Source of the DNA: Cyanophora paradoxa CCMP329
Lineage: Eukaryota > Plantae > Glaucophyta
DNA length: 64,000 nucleotides
NCBI GenBank assembly: GCA_004431415.1
Contig: QPMI01000496.1
Coordinates: 496,001-560,000, forward strand
Direction: 5' to 3'
Part shown: piece after piece, positions 12,678 through 23,799 of the stretch
Layout of the letters: each line of letters begins with the position of its first letter
How positions within the stretch are numbered: the first letter of the stretch is position 1
Made by a program: the position numbers and the translations under genes
The notes under the pieces: model-generated
Told to the model about the DNA's origin: nothing
Seen by the model: the letters and a program-made list of their open reading frames with translations, nothing else
Databases searched by the model: none

Positions 12678-13963
12678 ATGAGACCCGATCCAGACCGCTT
12701 TCACCTGCGCATCAACGTGGAGCGCATCGACGATTTCGACAGCGACGTCGAGCCCGACGAGCCCGCCGAGCAACTCGCCGACGCGACAAGCTGCGGCGTC
12801 CACAGTGCAGTTGAGCACACGCTCAACACCTTGGTGAGTTCGTTTCCCCGCCTGACGGCGGTGACATGCGCCTCCAGGGCTGCGTACGTGCGGCGGGGCG
12901 CTTGGTTCAGATCATCTTCCGCCATCTGCCCGCCAGCTATCCTAGGAGCGGGAAGGGAGCAGATTGACCCCTTTCTGTGGCTTATTCTGCGTTAGAACCA
13001 CCGCCCGTGCCACCCCGGCGTTTTTCAAAGCATTCGTCAGTTTTTGCGGGATCGTGCCGGCTGATCGCCCCTCGCTCCGTTTCTGCGCAGTTTACAGTGA
13101 TCTACAATGACGGCGGCCAGTTCTCTTCAGACTACCTGGTGCGGATGCGGCTCTTCTTTGGCAAGCGTTCGTCATGTGTGTCGCGTGCATGACCGCGGCC
13201 TCGCAGGTTGAGAACCTCCTCAGGACACGGGGAGTGTACTGGTAAGGCGATGCTCGGGCGAGCGCGCGGCAGCGGGAGCGCCGCGGCTGACGCCACATCC
13301 CCGCAGCTCGGAGAAGCAGGGCGACATCAACATTGTGCTGCGCTTCGAGCACCCGCAGAGCGCGCCGTTCACCCTCACGTCGCTGATGGTCGTGGCGCCC
13401 GTCGTCGGCTTCACGAGCCCTGTCGGCACCGGGCTCATCTTCGTCTCGTGGGACAAGCCCGACCTCGGTGCGGCCCCCGCCCTGCGACGCCCTGCGGCCC
13501 GCCCTGCGACGCCCTGCGGCCCGCCCGTCCGCCCGCCGACCCGACGACCCGCCGCAGAGGCCTGCAGACGGTGGGATGGCTGCACCCGGGAGCGCTTCGA
13601 GGCGCACCGCGCGGCCTGCGACCGGCACGGGCGGACCCCCTCCGAGTCCGACCCCGCGGCCTTTTTCGAGCTCGGCGCGCCCTTTCCCGGTTCTATACCC
13701 GTCTGCGCCCGCCTTCTAAGCGCCGGCCCCCCGCAGGCCGGTCCTCGAGCCGCTGCGTGGAGCTCTCGCCCCCGCGATCGGGCCGCTTCGTCCTGATCAA
13801 GCTCCTCCGCGCCAAGCCGGGCTCCAAGGTCCTCGCCCTCGAGCCCCTCTCAGAGTCTGCCTCTTATGTTCGAGCCGCGCAGGGGACGAACGTCGACTGC
13901 GAGTACGTGGGCCTGCGGGGCTTCTGCGGGGCGCAGGGGTTCCCCTGCGGCGAGTTGCGATGA
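12678..13963 (+). CDS. Conserved-looking hypothetical protein, multi-exon
   Basis: MRPDPDRFHLRINVERIDD...FTVIYNDGGQFSSDYL/VENLL...VLRFEHPQSAPFTLTSLMVVAP...SGRFVLIKLL...NVDCEYVGLRGF; consistent splice sites; family not identified. Confidence 0.65.
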
Positions 13964-15236
13964 GGGCCTAGGGCCTTCCAGCCCCTCCCTCGCCGGCGCC
14001 GGCGCCGCTATAGCCTAGCCCCAGTGTCTGTTTGCCTAGGTGCACCTAGTTCCTTGTAGTTGCGGCATCTTAGTCCCCCTTAGTCGTGGCCTCTTTGCTT
14101 TCACTCTCTTCTTGGGGATGTACAGCTGTAGTTGAGCTTTTTGGCGGGCTGTTTTCTTGAAGGGCAACGGGAGTCTGTTTGATTTACGTTTGACGTGTTT
14201 TCTGGAGCATCTCTTTAAACCTTACTACACTATATCTATATAGAAGGCAGTCTCAGATTTCAACAAGGCAGTTTCAGCAGGCAGCACTTTCGGATCCGAT
14301 CGTCGTCAGACAGTCAGTGCTCTTGTATGCGTAATTCACTGAGTTTTATTTCGACTCGAGTGACCACGGCTGGCCAGCGGCCATGACGTCGATGTGCATG
14401 TGGATCCCCGTGCCGTGTCGCCCGCCGCCAGCGCTAGTTTGATCATGAACGGTGCCCCCTAGGCCTGGCATGGCCAGGTGCCCCCGACCTTAGAAAGGCG
14501 CTGCCCCCTATATAGCTCGGCCCGGCTTCCTCCTATGCATATGCTATACCGGAGTCGAGTTGCGGACGTACGCGTCGACAAAATTACCTATGCATATGGC
14601 CGGTAATTTTTAGCTATAGGCTACATGTCCGGCCGATGCAAGGGGGGCGGGACTCCGGGAGCTCAGGAGTATATATAAATAAGAGGATAGCTATATTCAG
14701 CTGTAGGGGAGCTATACCTCAAATTCGGGGACACGCGTACTACGGTACGGTCCAGCCGGGTCGCTGGAAGCAGCGGGGCGCGATTATGGGGCAACCCCTC
14801 CCTGCCTGGCCGGACGTCAGGGCCTATCCGAGTAAAACCCGTTGCAATTGAACGGGCTGGACTGGTCCCCGGTGGCGGGGCCCGGCGCCGGGCAGGCGGC
14901 GGGCAGCCGGCGGGCAGGCGGCTGAGGAGACGGGGGGACGGGATCGCGCCCCCCGCCAGGCGCGGCCGATTGGTGCTGAGGGATCCGGGGCGGGGAGCGG
15001 GGCGGCCGGGCGTAACCTCCTCGGAACCTCCTCGCCATGCGCTCTGAGCGGCGAGGACGCCCGGGGCCTGGCACGAGACTCGGGCTTAAGCGGAGCGGAG
15101 GGGTACGGGAAGGCGCGAGAGGCGGACCGAGACAGAAGGAAGACAGGGGGGGGGGGAAGAGATGTAGGGGGATTGGGAGAGGAGCGGGGCAGTGGAGGGA
15201 GGGGAATCGGAAGGTGCGAGGGCCGGAGGGGCCCGT

Positions 15237-17467
15237 CACTCGGGCGGGGCCCGGCGCCCCGCGAACAGCGCCTCGACGGCTTCGATCGCCTCCTCCACCG
15301 CGCGCTCCGGATCCGCGGCGTCGTCGTCGTCGCTCGCTTCCCCTGCACCGAACCACAGAGAGTCATGATCAAGGGCTACTAGGCTTGGCGGGCGGGTGCC
15401 CTAGGCTAGGCTGGGCTGGGCTAGGCGCCCGCGAGGCGGGCCGGGCAGGAATCCCACGCCACGCACCCAGCAAAGCCTCGGTGACGACCTCTACCGAGAC
15501 CTCGAGGGACAGCTCCACAGCGACGCCGGGCCTGAGGAGGCGGTGGAGGGCCTGCGGCGGATTCGGTTGGATGTCGACAGGGATGGGGATAGAAAGGATT
15601 GGCGGGGAACCTCGTAGGGGCGGGTGAGCGGGGGGTACGCGAGCGGGGCGTCGACGCGGAGGCGGCGGAGTGCGGGCAGGGCGGCGATCGCCCCCGCCTC
15701 GGCCTCCGAGAGCGGGCGGGCGATGGAGAGGCGCAGGTCCGCGAGGGCGCGCTGGACGGCGCCGCTGTCGAGGAGGGCGACCGTGCCCTCGTCGCCCACC
15801 GGATGGACTGCGCGTGCAGCGGAGGTGAGCGAGCGGATCGAATGGGGCGGGCGGGCGGGCGGGCGGCGGCGGGCGGCGCCGGCGCACCGCAATCAAGGTC
15901 TAGCGTGAGCGTCTGCAGGCGGCGGAGGCCGTCGATCGCCTCCGCCAGGGCGCGCAGGGCCGCCGTGGTCGGTCCGCCGTCTTCGCCGCCGACGAAGCGC
16001 ACGACGACTTGCCGGAGGTTCGGGAAGCGGCCGAGCACGGCGGCGGGAGCAGCGTCGTCCTCGTCCGAGAAGACCTTCGAAGGCATCAGCGCGAGAGGAC
16101 GCGGCCACGGTTTGTTTGACCCTCGGATCGAATCGAATTTGATCTGGAGGGTGGAGAGTCGCACCTGCAGCGGCTCGATCGACTCCAGCCTTGGCATGCG
16201 CCCGAGGGCGGCGAGGGCAGCTTCATCGAGTACGCAGGCGGCAGCGGTGGCTGCGCCGACGTCGCGTTCCGGAAAGCCCCCCTTCCTGCGTCCGAACGGT
16301 GAGGCGCGCGAGCCTCGGGGAGGCCATCAAGATCTAGACGAAAGAGGCTCACTTGTAACACCCTCGTGCCGTGACGAAAGCAACGCTCCGAAGGCTCTGG
16401 CCCGCGGCGCCGTCGGCGAGCGCCGCCAAGCCGCGGGCGACGTTCGAGAACGCCTTGTCCACGACGACGAGCTCCTCGAGGTGCGCAAGGGGCGCCAGCG
16501 CCGCCAGCACCTCCGGGATCGAATTCTTGTTCGGCTGGAGGCTGAGGGAGCGGAGGAGGGGGCAGGCGGCGGCGATCGTTGCGGCCATCTTCCGGCTGAC
16601 GCCGTCCGAATCCTCGAAGAAAAGGACGAGGCGGCGCAGCGCTAGCTGCCCGAGGACTGCCAGGTCCGCCTCGAGCTCCCCGGCCATGGGCCAGCGGGCC
16701 CCCTCCAGCTCCCGCCCGCCGCCGCCGCCGCTGCTGCTTGTGAGGCCGACGCTGAGGCTCTCCAGACCGCTGGTCGCCGCGCCCTCCGCCGGCCGCAGCG
16801 CCCGCAGCACGCCGAGCAGGTAAGCCCTCACGAAGTTGCCGTCGACGCGGCCCCCGACGCAGGCAATGTCCACGACCACCTCAGGCCTGGTGGAGGGCAG
16901 GCCCGCGCTGCTGGCGAAAGCGGCTGCTGGGCGGCTGCGCCTGCTGGTGACGGCTGAGAGGACCCTGCACACGGCTGCGAGGCTGCGCTGATGGCTCCTG
17001 TCCACCGCGGCCAGGGTCTCCCCAGCGCAACTCGGAAGCTCCGTCCTGATAGTAACGCTGGCGCCGCCGCTGAGCCGCAGCTTTTTCTCCTCAACCAGCG
17101 TGGCTGCGATATCGAGGACATGGGTGTGCTCGCCACTCTGCTGCTTCGGCACCTTCGGTACGGCAAAGCTCGCCCACTCCGTCTCTTGGATGACCCGCCG
17201 CCACCGCCTGCGATCGTTTCGCGCAGTTAGCCGCGAACGAAGCGTAGCTATAGCGCATGCGAAGCCCGGCGCGGGCGAAGCAGACCTGCCCACGGCGCGC
17301 AGGGCCCAGCTCGCCTGAAGCCCGAGCGCCCTGAAGATGTCGCTCATGACCCCGTCCGGTAGCGCATCGAACGGCCCTGCCGCTTGCGAAGTCATGGCTG
17401 GCGGCCGCGGTGGCTCTGCAACGCGGACTCGCTTCTCCGCACGCTCTCCCAATGCGGGGCCCGACAT
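15237..17467 (-). CDS. F-box-like / leucine-rich-repeat-like protein
   Basis: F-box-like FDALPDGVMSDIFRALG...RAV/RRWRRVI; LRR-like CPLLRSLSL, LAHLEELVV, MPRLESI, LRRLQTLTL. 3' end approximate. Confidence 0.65.
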
Positions 17468-17559
17468 AGGGATCTGCACGCGGGTCCTGACGAACGCTGC
17501 GCCGCCGATATAGCTAGGCCGAGCGAGCCTGTAGCAACTGTCGTGAACTGGAGTGAAAA

Positions 17560-17924
17560 CGACCCCCGAGGACGCGAAAACGAGCGCCGGGGGGGAACGG
17601 GGCCCGGCGGGGCTGGAGGGGGCAAAAGTGCGCCTGCCGGGACTCGAACCCGGGTCTCTTCGATGGCAACGAAGTATTCTACCCCTAGACCACAAGCGCT
17701 GATGGAAAACTCGAATCGCTTGCCCCGCCCGGGTCCGCCTGCGCCGGGGGTACTGCCGCGCGGGCGCTCGGCTTAGCTAGCGGCGGCATCGTTGCATACG
17801 CGACCGCAGGCTAGCCCAGGTTGACCGGAACCGGCCGCGAACGCGCACAGCGAGCTTCGCGTCGGCGAGCTCGGACGAGCGGGAGCGCGAGGGCCCATGC
17901 TGAAGATTCGCGTCTCCTGCGAGG
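17560..17924. repeat. Left arm of a near-identical about 365-bp inverted duplication (partner 26672-27035)
   Basis: Reverse-complement match covering the tRNA, its upstream region and ATGCTGAAGAT[T/C]CGCGTCTCCTGCGAGG; weaker similarity extends to about 17484. Confidence 0.95.
17629..17699 (-). tRNA. tRNA-Gly(GCC)
   Basis: GCGCTTG...CTTCG-TTGCCAT-CGAAG...GGTTCGAGTCC...CAGGCGCA cloverleaf, 71 nt, followed by TTTT (Pol III terminator). Confidence 0.96.
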
Positions 17925-17987
17925 AACGACGTAGCGCCTAGAAGCAGTGAGACCGCAGTCAGCCAGCGCAAGCACGCTTCTGCGGCA

Positions 17988-20297
17988 ATGGCGCCGGCTT
18001 TCGTCGCGCTGGTCCTGGCGGTCCTGCTGTTCCGGCTGGCTATCTCTGCCACGCTCCTGCAGACGTACTTCAACCCGGATGAGTACTGGCAAGGTCCGGA
18101 AATCGCGCACCGCCTTGTCTACGGGTGCGGCCCCTGCGAGCTCGCGCGCGTACGCCCGATCGGCGAGCGGCTCGCCCAGGTACGGCTACGAGACATGGGA
18201 GTGGCGTGCGGCGATCCGCAGCTACGCGCACCCCACGCTCCTCGCACTCGCGTACCGGGCTGCCGAGCTCGTCCCGGGGCGGCCGGAGTGGCTCGTGGTG
18301 CGTGCGGGCCCCGCTAGCGCCAGCGGCGCGGCCGCCCCCACGGTCCGACGGCCGACCGCAGATCGAGGCGCCTCGCATCCTGCACGCCGCGCTCGCGGCC
18401 GTCGCCGACGTCCACGTTTCCCTCCTCGCCCGCCGCCTCTTCGGGCCCGCCGCCGCGCGCTGGACCATATCCTCTGCCCCGCCCGCCGCTGCCCGCTGCC
18501 CGCGGCCCGCCTCCCGCCCCGTTGCGGCTGCCTTGACCCCCTCGGCGCACCTCTTCTGCCAGATGACGCTCTGGTTCAACGCATTCGCTCTCCAGCGCAC
18601 CTTCTCCAACTCCCTCGAGGCCGTCCTCACGGCCGTCGCCGCCTCCCTGTGGCCCTGGCCTGGCGTATCCCGCACCCCGCACTGGCGCGCCCCGTTTTTA
18701 CTTTTCCGTCGCTCGTTCGCCTCCCGTCGGCGCGCCCTGACGGCGGCGCGGCGCAGGCGCCGGGACCGCGCGCTGGCCGCCGGGCTCGCCGCGCTCGCGT
18801 TCGTCGTGCGGCCGACGGCGGTGCTGCTGTGGGTCCCGCTGGGCGCCGCCCACCTCCTGCGCGCATCCGACCCCGCCCGATTCGTCGGCGACGTCGCCCT
18901 CGCCTCGTGCGCCCCTCCAGGGTGAACAGTCGCCCCGCTCTGCCGTCACTGATCACTCTCCGCAGGGGAACGGTCCTCTCGGCGACCGCTCTGCTCGATC
19001 GGGCCCTGTACGGCCGCTGGGTCCTCCCCCCACTCGAGTTCTTCCGCTTCAACGTCCTCCGCGGCGGCTCGGCCGCCTACGGCACCCACCCCTGGCACTG
19101 GTACCTCTCCCAGGTACGCCCCGTACCCCCCTGCCCTGCCCGCGGACCGCACCCGAGGCGCTGACCGCGCGGCAGGGGGGCCCGGCGGTGCTTGGGACAC
19201 AGCTGCCCCTCGTGCTCGCGGGCGCCAGGCTCGCGGGCCCCGGCCGCCGCTGGCCTGCGACCGCCGCCGCCCTCGCCGCCGCCGCCCTCTCCTGCTTCGC
19301 CCACAAGGAGTTCCGGTTCGCGTACCCCTCTTCCCCAGGCCTCGCACGATTTGATCCGCGGGGCAGGTTCCTGCTCCCCCTCATCCCCCTCGTCCTCCCC
19401 TACGCCGGCCTAGCCCTGGAGCGGGCCGCCCGGGCCGCTTACCCCCCGGCCAAGAAGGAGGGCGAGGGCGGGGGCGAGGGCGAGGGCGAGGGCCGGCGGC
19501 GCCCCCACCTCCGCCTCCGCCGCGCCGGTCTGGCCCTCCTCGTGTTCCTGCTGGTGGGCACCAACGCGGGGGCGGCGGGGTACCTCGGCCTCGTCCACCA
19601 GCGCGGGGCCGTCGGCGTCGTCGACTGGCTCCGCCGCGCCTCGCCGCCGCCCACCGCTGTCCACTTCCTGACACCGTGCCACTCTACCCCCCACTACGCG
19701 TCCCTGCACCGGCCCATCCCCATGCGCATCCTCACCTGCGACCCCAAGTGCGCCTCCTCGAGTTCGATTCAGTCCGGCTCCGGTTGTTAAACTGACGCCG
19801 TACCCCAGCTGGCAGGGCCTGAACCGTACGTGGCGGCAGGAGCAGGACGCCTTCTACGCGCAGCCCCTCAACTTCCTGCGGGGGTACTACGAGGGCGGCG
19901 CGCACGCCATCGGCCAGGCCCGCGCCCTGAACGCCTGGCGCTGCCTCGACAGCGCCGTGCACGGCCCGGAGCTGCCGGGGGCGCACCCCTGCGAGGCCTT
20001 CGCGGGGAAACCGCTACCCCCCGAGCCCGTGCCCTCCCACCTGGTCCTGTTCGACGACGGTATCCTCCCCATCGGCATCAAGCCCTTCCTCGACTCCTTC
20101 GGCTTCCGCGAGGCGCGTAACCCCGTACCCCCCTGCGTTTGAATTCGGCCGACCTCGGACCGCAGTGCGCGCGGCTGCGGCACGCGGACTACGTGCTGGA
20201 GTCGCGCCTGGGGAAGGAGGTCCTCGTCCTCTGCCGCCGGGTGGAGCGCGAGCGGCGGGCGCCCCGCAAGAAGAAGGGCAGCGAGGCGCGAGCCTAG
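17988..20297 (+). CDS. PIGB: GPI mannosyltransferase 3 (PIG-B/GPI10, GT22)
   Basis: QTYFNPDEYWQGPEIAHRLVYG, TWEW..IRSYAHP, RTFSNSLE, VRPT, YGTHPWHWYLSQG, HKEFRFLLP, HQRG, LTPCHSTP motifs in spliced exons. Confidence 0.95.
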
Positions 20298-20578
20298 CTA
20301 CAGCAAGAGGGACCTGCAGCTGTAATGTAATCATTGAATTATGATCCGATGATCAGTTGCCAAGTTGTTCTGAAACTGGAGATAGGAGGATGCGTGTGCT
20401 AAGTCCCGGACAATTGCAAGTGGCGTGGCCAGAAATCTCAGCTACGCGCACGTGCACGTGGCCGGTAGCGCGGTCCGGGGCCCGGGGATCCGGTCAGGTG
20501 AGGCAGGCGATTCTGAGGCGAACGCTGGAGCTCAGCTGCAGTGGCGAGCCGCTGAGCGCTCTCACACGCCGGCACGGG

Positions 20579-22385
20579 ATGTCTAGCGGCGAACGTAAGA
20601 GAAAGGAGCCGCCTGTGAGCGACCTCGGGGCAAGGAGAGGCGCAAGGAAAAGACCCCTCTCCGTTCTTCGATCGGCTGCCCGATGCGATCCTCGTGAAGA
20701 TTTTTGAGATCTTGGGAGTGCAGCGCGCGGCGGCCGCGCGCGCGGTCTGCGGCCGCTGGCGCGAAGTAGCCGAGACGATCCTCTGGCGCTCATTGGACGT
20801 GGAAGTCCAAAGCGTCAAGGGCGCTGATCTGCTCTGCGGTCAGCTGGTCGGGGCTGGCGATGGCCGGCGGTGGATCCTCGTCGTCCCTGGCTCGTCGCTT
20901 CGTCTGCGGGGAGCGCAGGTTGCTTCGGCGGTCATCTCTTCCGTTCTGTCGGCATGCACGGCCGCGAGCGGCGGCCTCGGCGAGGTCGATGTGGAATGCA
21001 ACGTGTACGCGAATCTCGCCGGCCTTCGGATCGGGGAGCTGCTCGGCGCCCTCGTCCCGCGGGGAGCCGCCGAGTGCCCCGCGCTGCGCAGCCTGTCCTT
21101 GAGGAGCCGGAGCTCGTACGCGCGCGGCGAGAACTCGTTCTTCGCCACGGCCGCGGACGACCTGGCGGACCTCCTCCGCCCTTTCTCGCGCCTCGAGCGC
21201 CTCGTACTCCCGGCCTGCTGCGCCGCCGATCGGGACTCCGCCTACGCCCTCGCCCGCGGCGTCCCGCGCCTCAAGCGGGTGCGCCCTCGAGCTTCAGCTC
21301 TCCCCCGCGCCCTTCCCCCCCACGCTCAGACCGGCTCGGCAGCTGGAGATCGCGCAGCGGAACGCGGAAGCGGCGAGGGGCCTCGCCTCCTTCCCGCGCC
21401 TCGAGTCTCTCTGCCTGAGGAGCCCGGACGACGGGCCGGCCCTGCCTCTGATCGGGGGCCTCGCCTCCGGGCCCCTCGCTTCCGCCCTGAAAGAGTGCGC
21501 GCGCGGCCCTCGATTGCTGTGCCGCGCGCCGCCGACTCGCCCGCGGCCGCAGGCTCCGAATCGACTACAGCCTGTGCCTCACCCCCGACGATCTGCGCGC
21601 CCTGCCGGGCCTCTCCGCCCTGCAGGCCCTCCGGGGGCCCTTCAGGGTCCGGCCCCCCCCCCCCCCCCCCCCCCCACCCCCCCCCCCCCCGGCCCCTCAC
21701 TGGGTACCCCCTGTCCTTCAGCTTGATTCGGACGTGGGGGGGGAGGACCTGGCGCCCCTGGGCTCCTGCCCCGCCCTCCGCAGCCTCGGGCCCCTCGACG
21801 CGTACCCCCAGGCCTGGTGGGGGAGCGACAGGCACCTCGCCGGCCTCCTCTCGGGCCTCGCGGCGGCCCTCGCGGCATCCCCCGCCCTCGTCGATGTCAG
21901 CCTGCGCTTCAGTGCGCGCCCCTTTCCCAGCTTTCCTTTCCCTCGTCTTTTCCTCACGCGGGAGCAGGCCTGCCGGTACCCCCGTTGGCGCTCGCTTCGT
22001 TCGCGGAGCTGGCCGGCGCGGCCCTCGGGCGCCTCTCGCTCGAGATGGAGGTCGACCTCGCGCCGGGGCGCCCCGCGGAGGTCGCCGCGGCGCTGGCCGA
22101 AGCCCCGCCGCGCCGCCTCGCCCTCACGGCCGGCGTCGACGAGGGCGCCCTGCGGGACGGGCGGCTTGACGGCCTCTCCGCCTTCGCCGGCCGCTGCCCC
22201 CAGGACGACCTCAAGGTCCGCTCAGGGCCCTCCTCCCCGCCTTAGGCCCTCCCCGCAACCCCCCGCAGGTCCGCCTGCGCCTGGGGCGGGGCGTGGCCCC
22301 GGAGGCCGCGCGGGCGGCGGCTGCGCGGGTCCTCCCCTCCGCCCGCCTTCAGCTCGCGATCGCCGTCCAGGACGTGCATGCGTAG
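20579..22385 (+). CDS. F-box-like / LRR-like protein
   Basis: FFDRLPDAILVKIFEILG...RAVCGRWREVA; CPALRSLSL, FSRLERLVLP. The ATG at 20579 needs a small intron to reach this frame, so the start is uncertain. Confidence 0.65.
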
Positions 22386-22886
22386 CTGCCTGCGGCTAGC
22401 GGCAAGCAGGGGCGCTCCAGGCCGGAGGCAGTCGCTGCTTGCGGCGCTTCCTCCGTTCTTCCTCCCCCTCCCCTCCTCCCCGTTCTTCCTCCTCCTCCCC
22501 CCTCCTCCTCATTCCCCCCCCCCCCCCCGCCCCTCCCCCCTCTCCATCCAGTTGTTCTATGTTCAGTACTAGTTGCGTTGGAGGAAGGATGTTTTGAGTG
22601 CCTGTTTTGAAATTGGAAGAAGGATGCATTACATAGCTATATATAGGACCGGGGGCACTTCAAAGAGGCGGACATCGATACCAGATACTTAAAAGAAGAG
22701 CTCGAGGTTGCATTATAGAAGAGGATCCGGAGATTTAGATAATTATAAATGAGCTGGAGAAGAAAAGCTTAAGCTTAAGGGAGAGGAGATAATTATAAAC
22801 GGGACATCTATAGAGGGCAGGGGACTACCGAGTAATCCGGGCCGGCCGCGCGCGGGATCGACGAGCGAGAGCGATACGTACGAGCG

Positions 22887-23392
22887 ATGAAGCGCGCTGG
22901 GGACGCCACAGAAGACCAGAGCGACAAGCGCCGTCGCATCAGGACGCTCCCCTTTGCGAAATCTGCGAGCTCGAGAGAGGTGCGACCTGTCACGCGTGCC
23001 TGCACGACGCGGGCGATGCCAAATTGCATGCAGGGGCTCTCGGGTCCGTGGTGGTTTCTCCGGACCCATGGCCAAACGCCGCGAGCGAGCCCCGTTGCCG
23101 CGCTTCGGCATCCGGTGCGCTCTACTTCGATTTTTGCGCCTGGGTCCGAGCTCGAGGCTCGCTGCGAATGAATTCGAATCTAATGATTTCACAGCAGCTC
23201 CCTGCGTTCAGCAGCTTCGAAATCGGCGACGCGATGTCCATGGAGTGCGACGTCGATGGGCGCGACGTCGGGCCCGCTTCGGCCCTTCCCCTCGATTTTC
23301 GCACCGCTGAATTCGAAGGTCCCGCTCTTCCCCTGGCTTGCGGTCCCGCTTGCAATTGGTCGCTGTCCTCCGAGCTCGAGCCGCAGCACTAG
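22887..23392 (+). CDS. Small 3-exon hypothetical protein
   Basis: ATG 22887; two GTGCG...CAG introns keep the frame through to the stop at 23392. Confidence 0.4.
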
Positions 23393-23799
23393 CTATATAG
23401 CGGCAGCTGCAGTAAAAGCATATGCCGCGGTGATTAATATTTCTATTTTCTTTGGGCACCTAGTCAGAATGTCTAGGGGTAGACACGTAGAGAGGCAGTT
23501 CGCGCAACGTCAACCACATCCTGTCTGATCATCCTGCATCATCCACGTGCAAGCCACAGATCCCTCCTGCGTGATCTTTGTGGGTGGGGACCCCTGTGAG
23601 GTTTCAGGGGCCCCTGGGGGGTTCCGGACCCCAACCCAGAAAAAACACCAAACATCCTCCACACCATGGCCAGCTACCGAATTCGAAGTACGTATACAGA
23701 CATGCAGCTAGCGTAGTTCAATCGAATCTCTCAAACCACTAATTAAAAACCTCGATCAACGCCGGCCAGGCGCCGCCGGCGTCCGCCGCCGCTGTATCG

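Noticed and set aside
23471-23483. GTCTAGGGGTAGA, identical to part of the tRNA-Gly D arm
   Set aside because: Only 13 nt with no anticodon or T arm around it; chance match or unresolvable relic.
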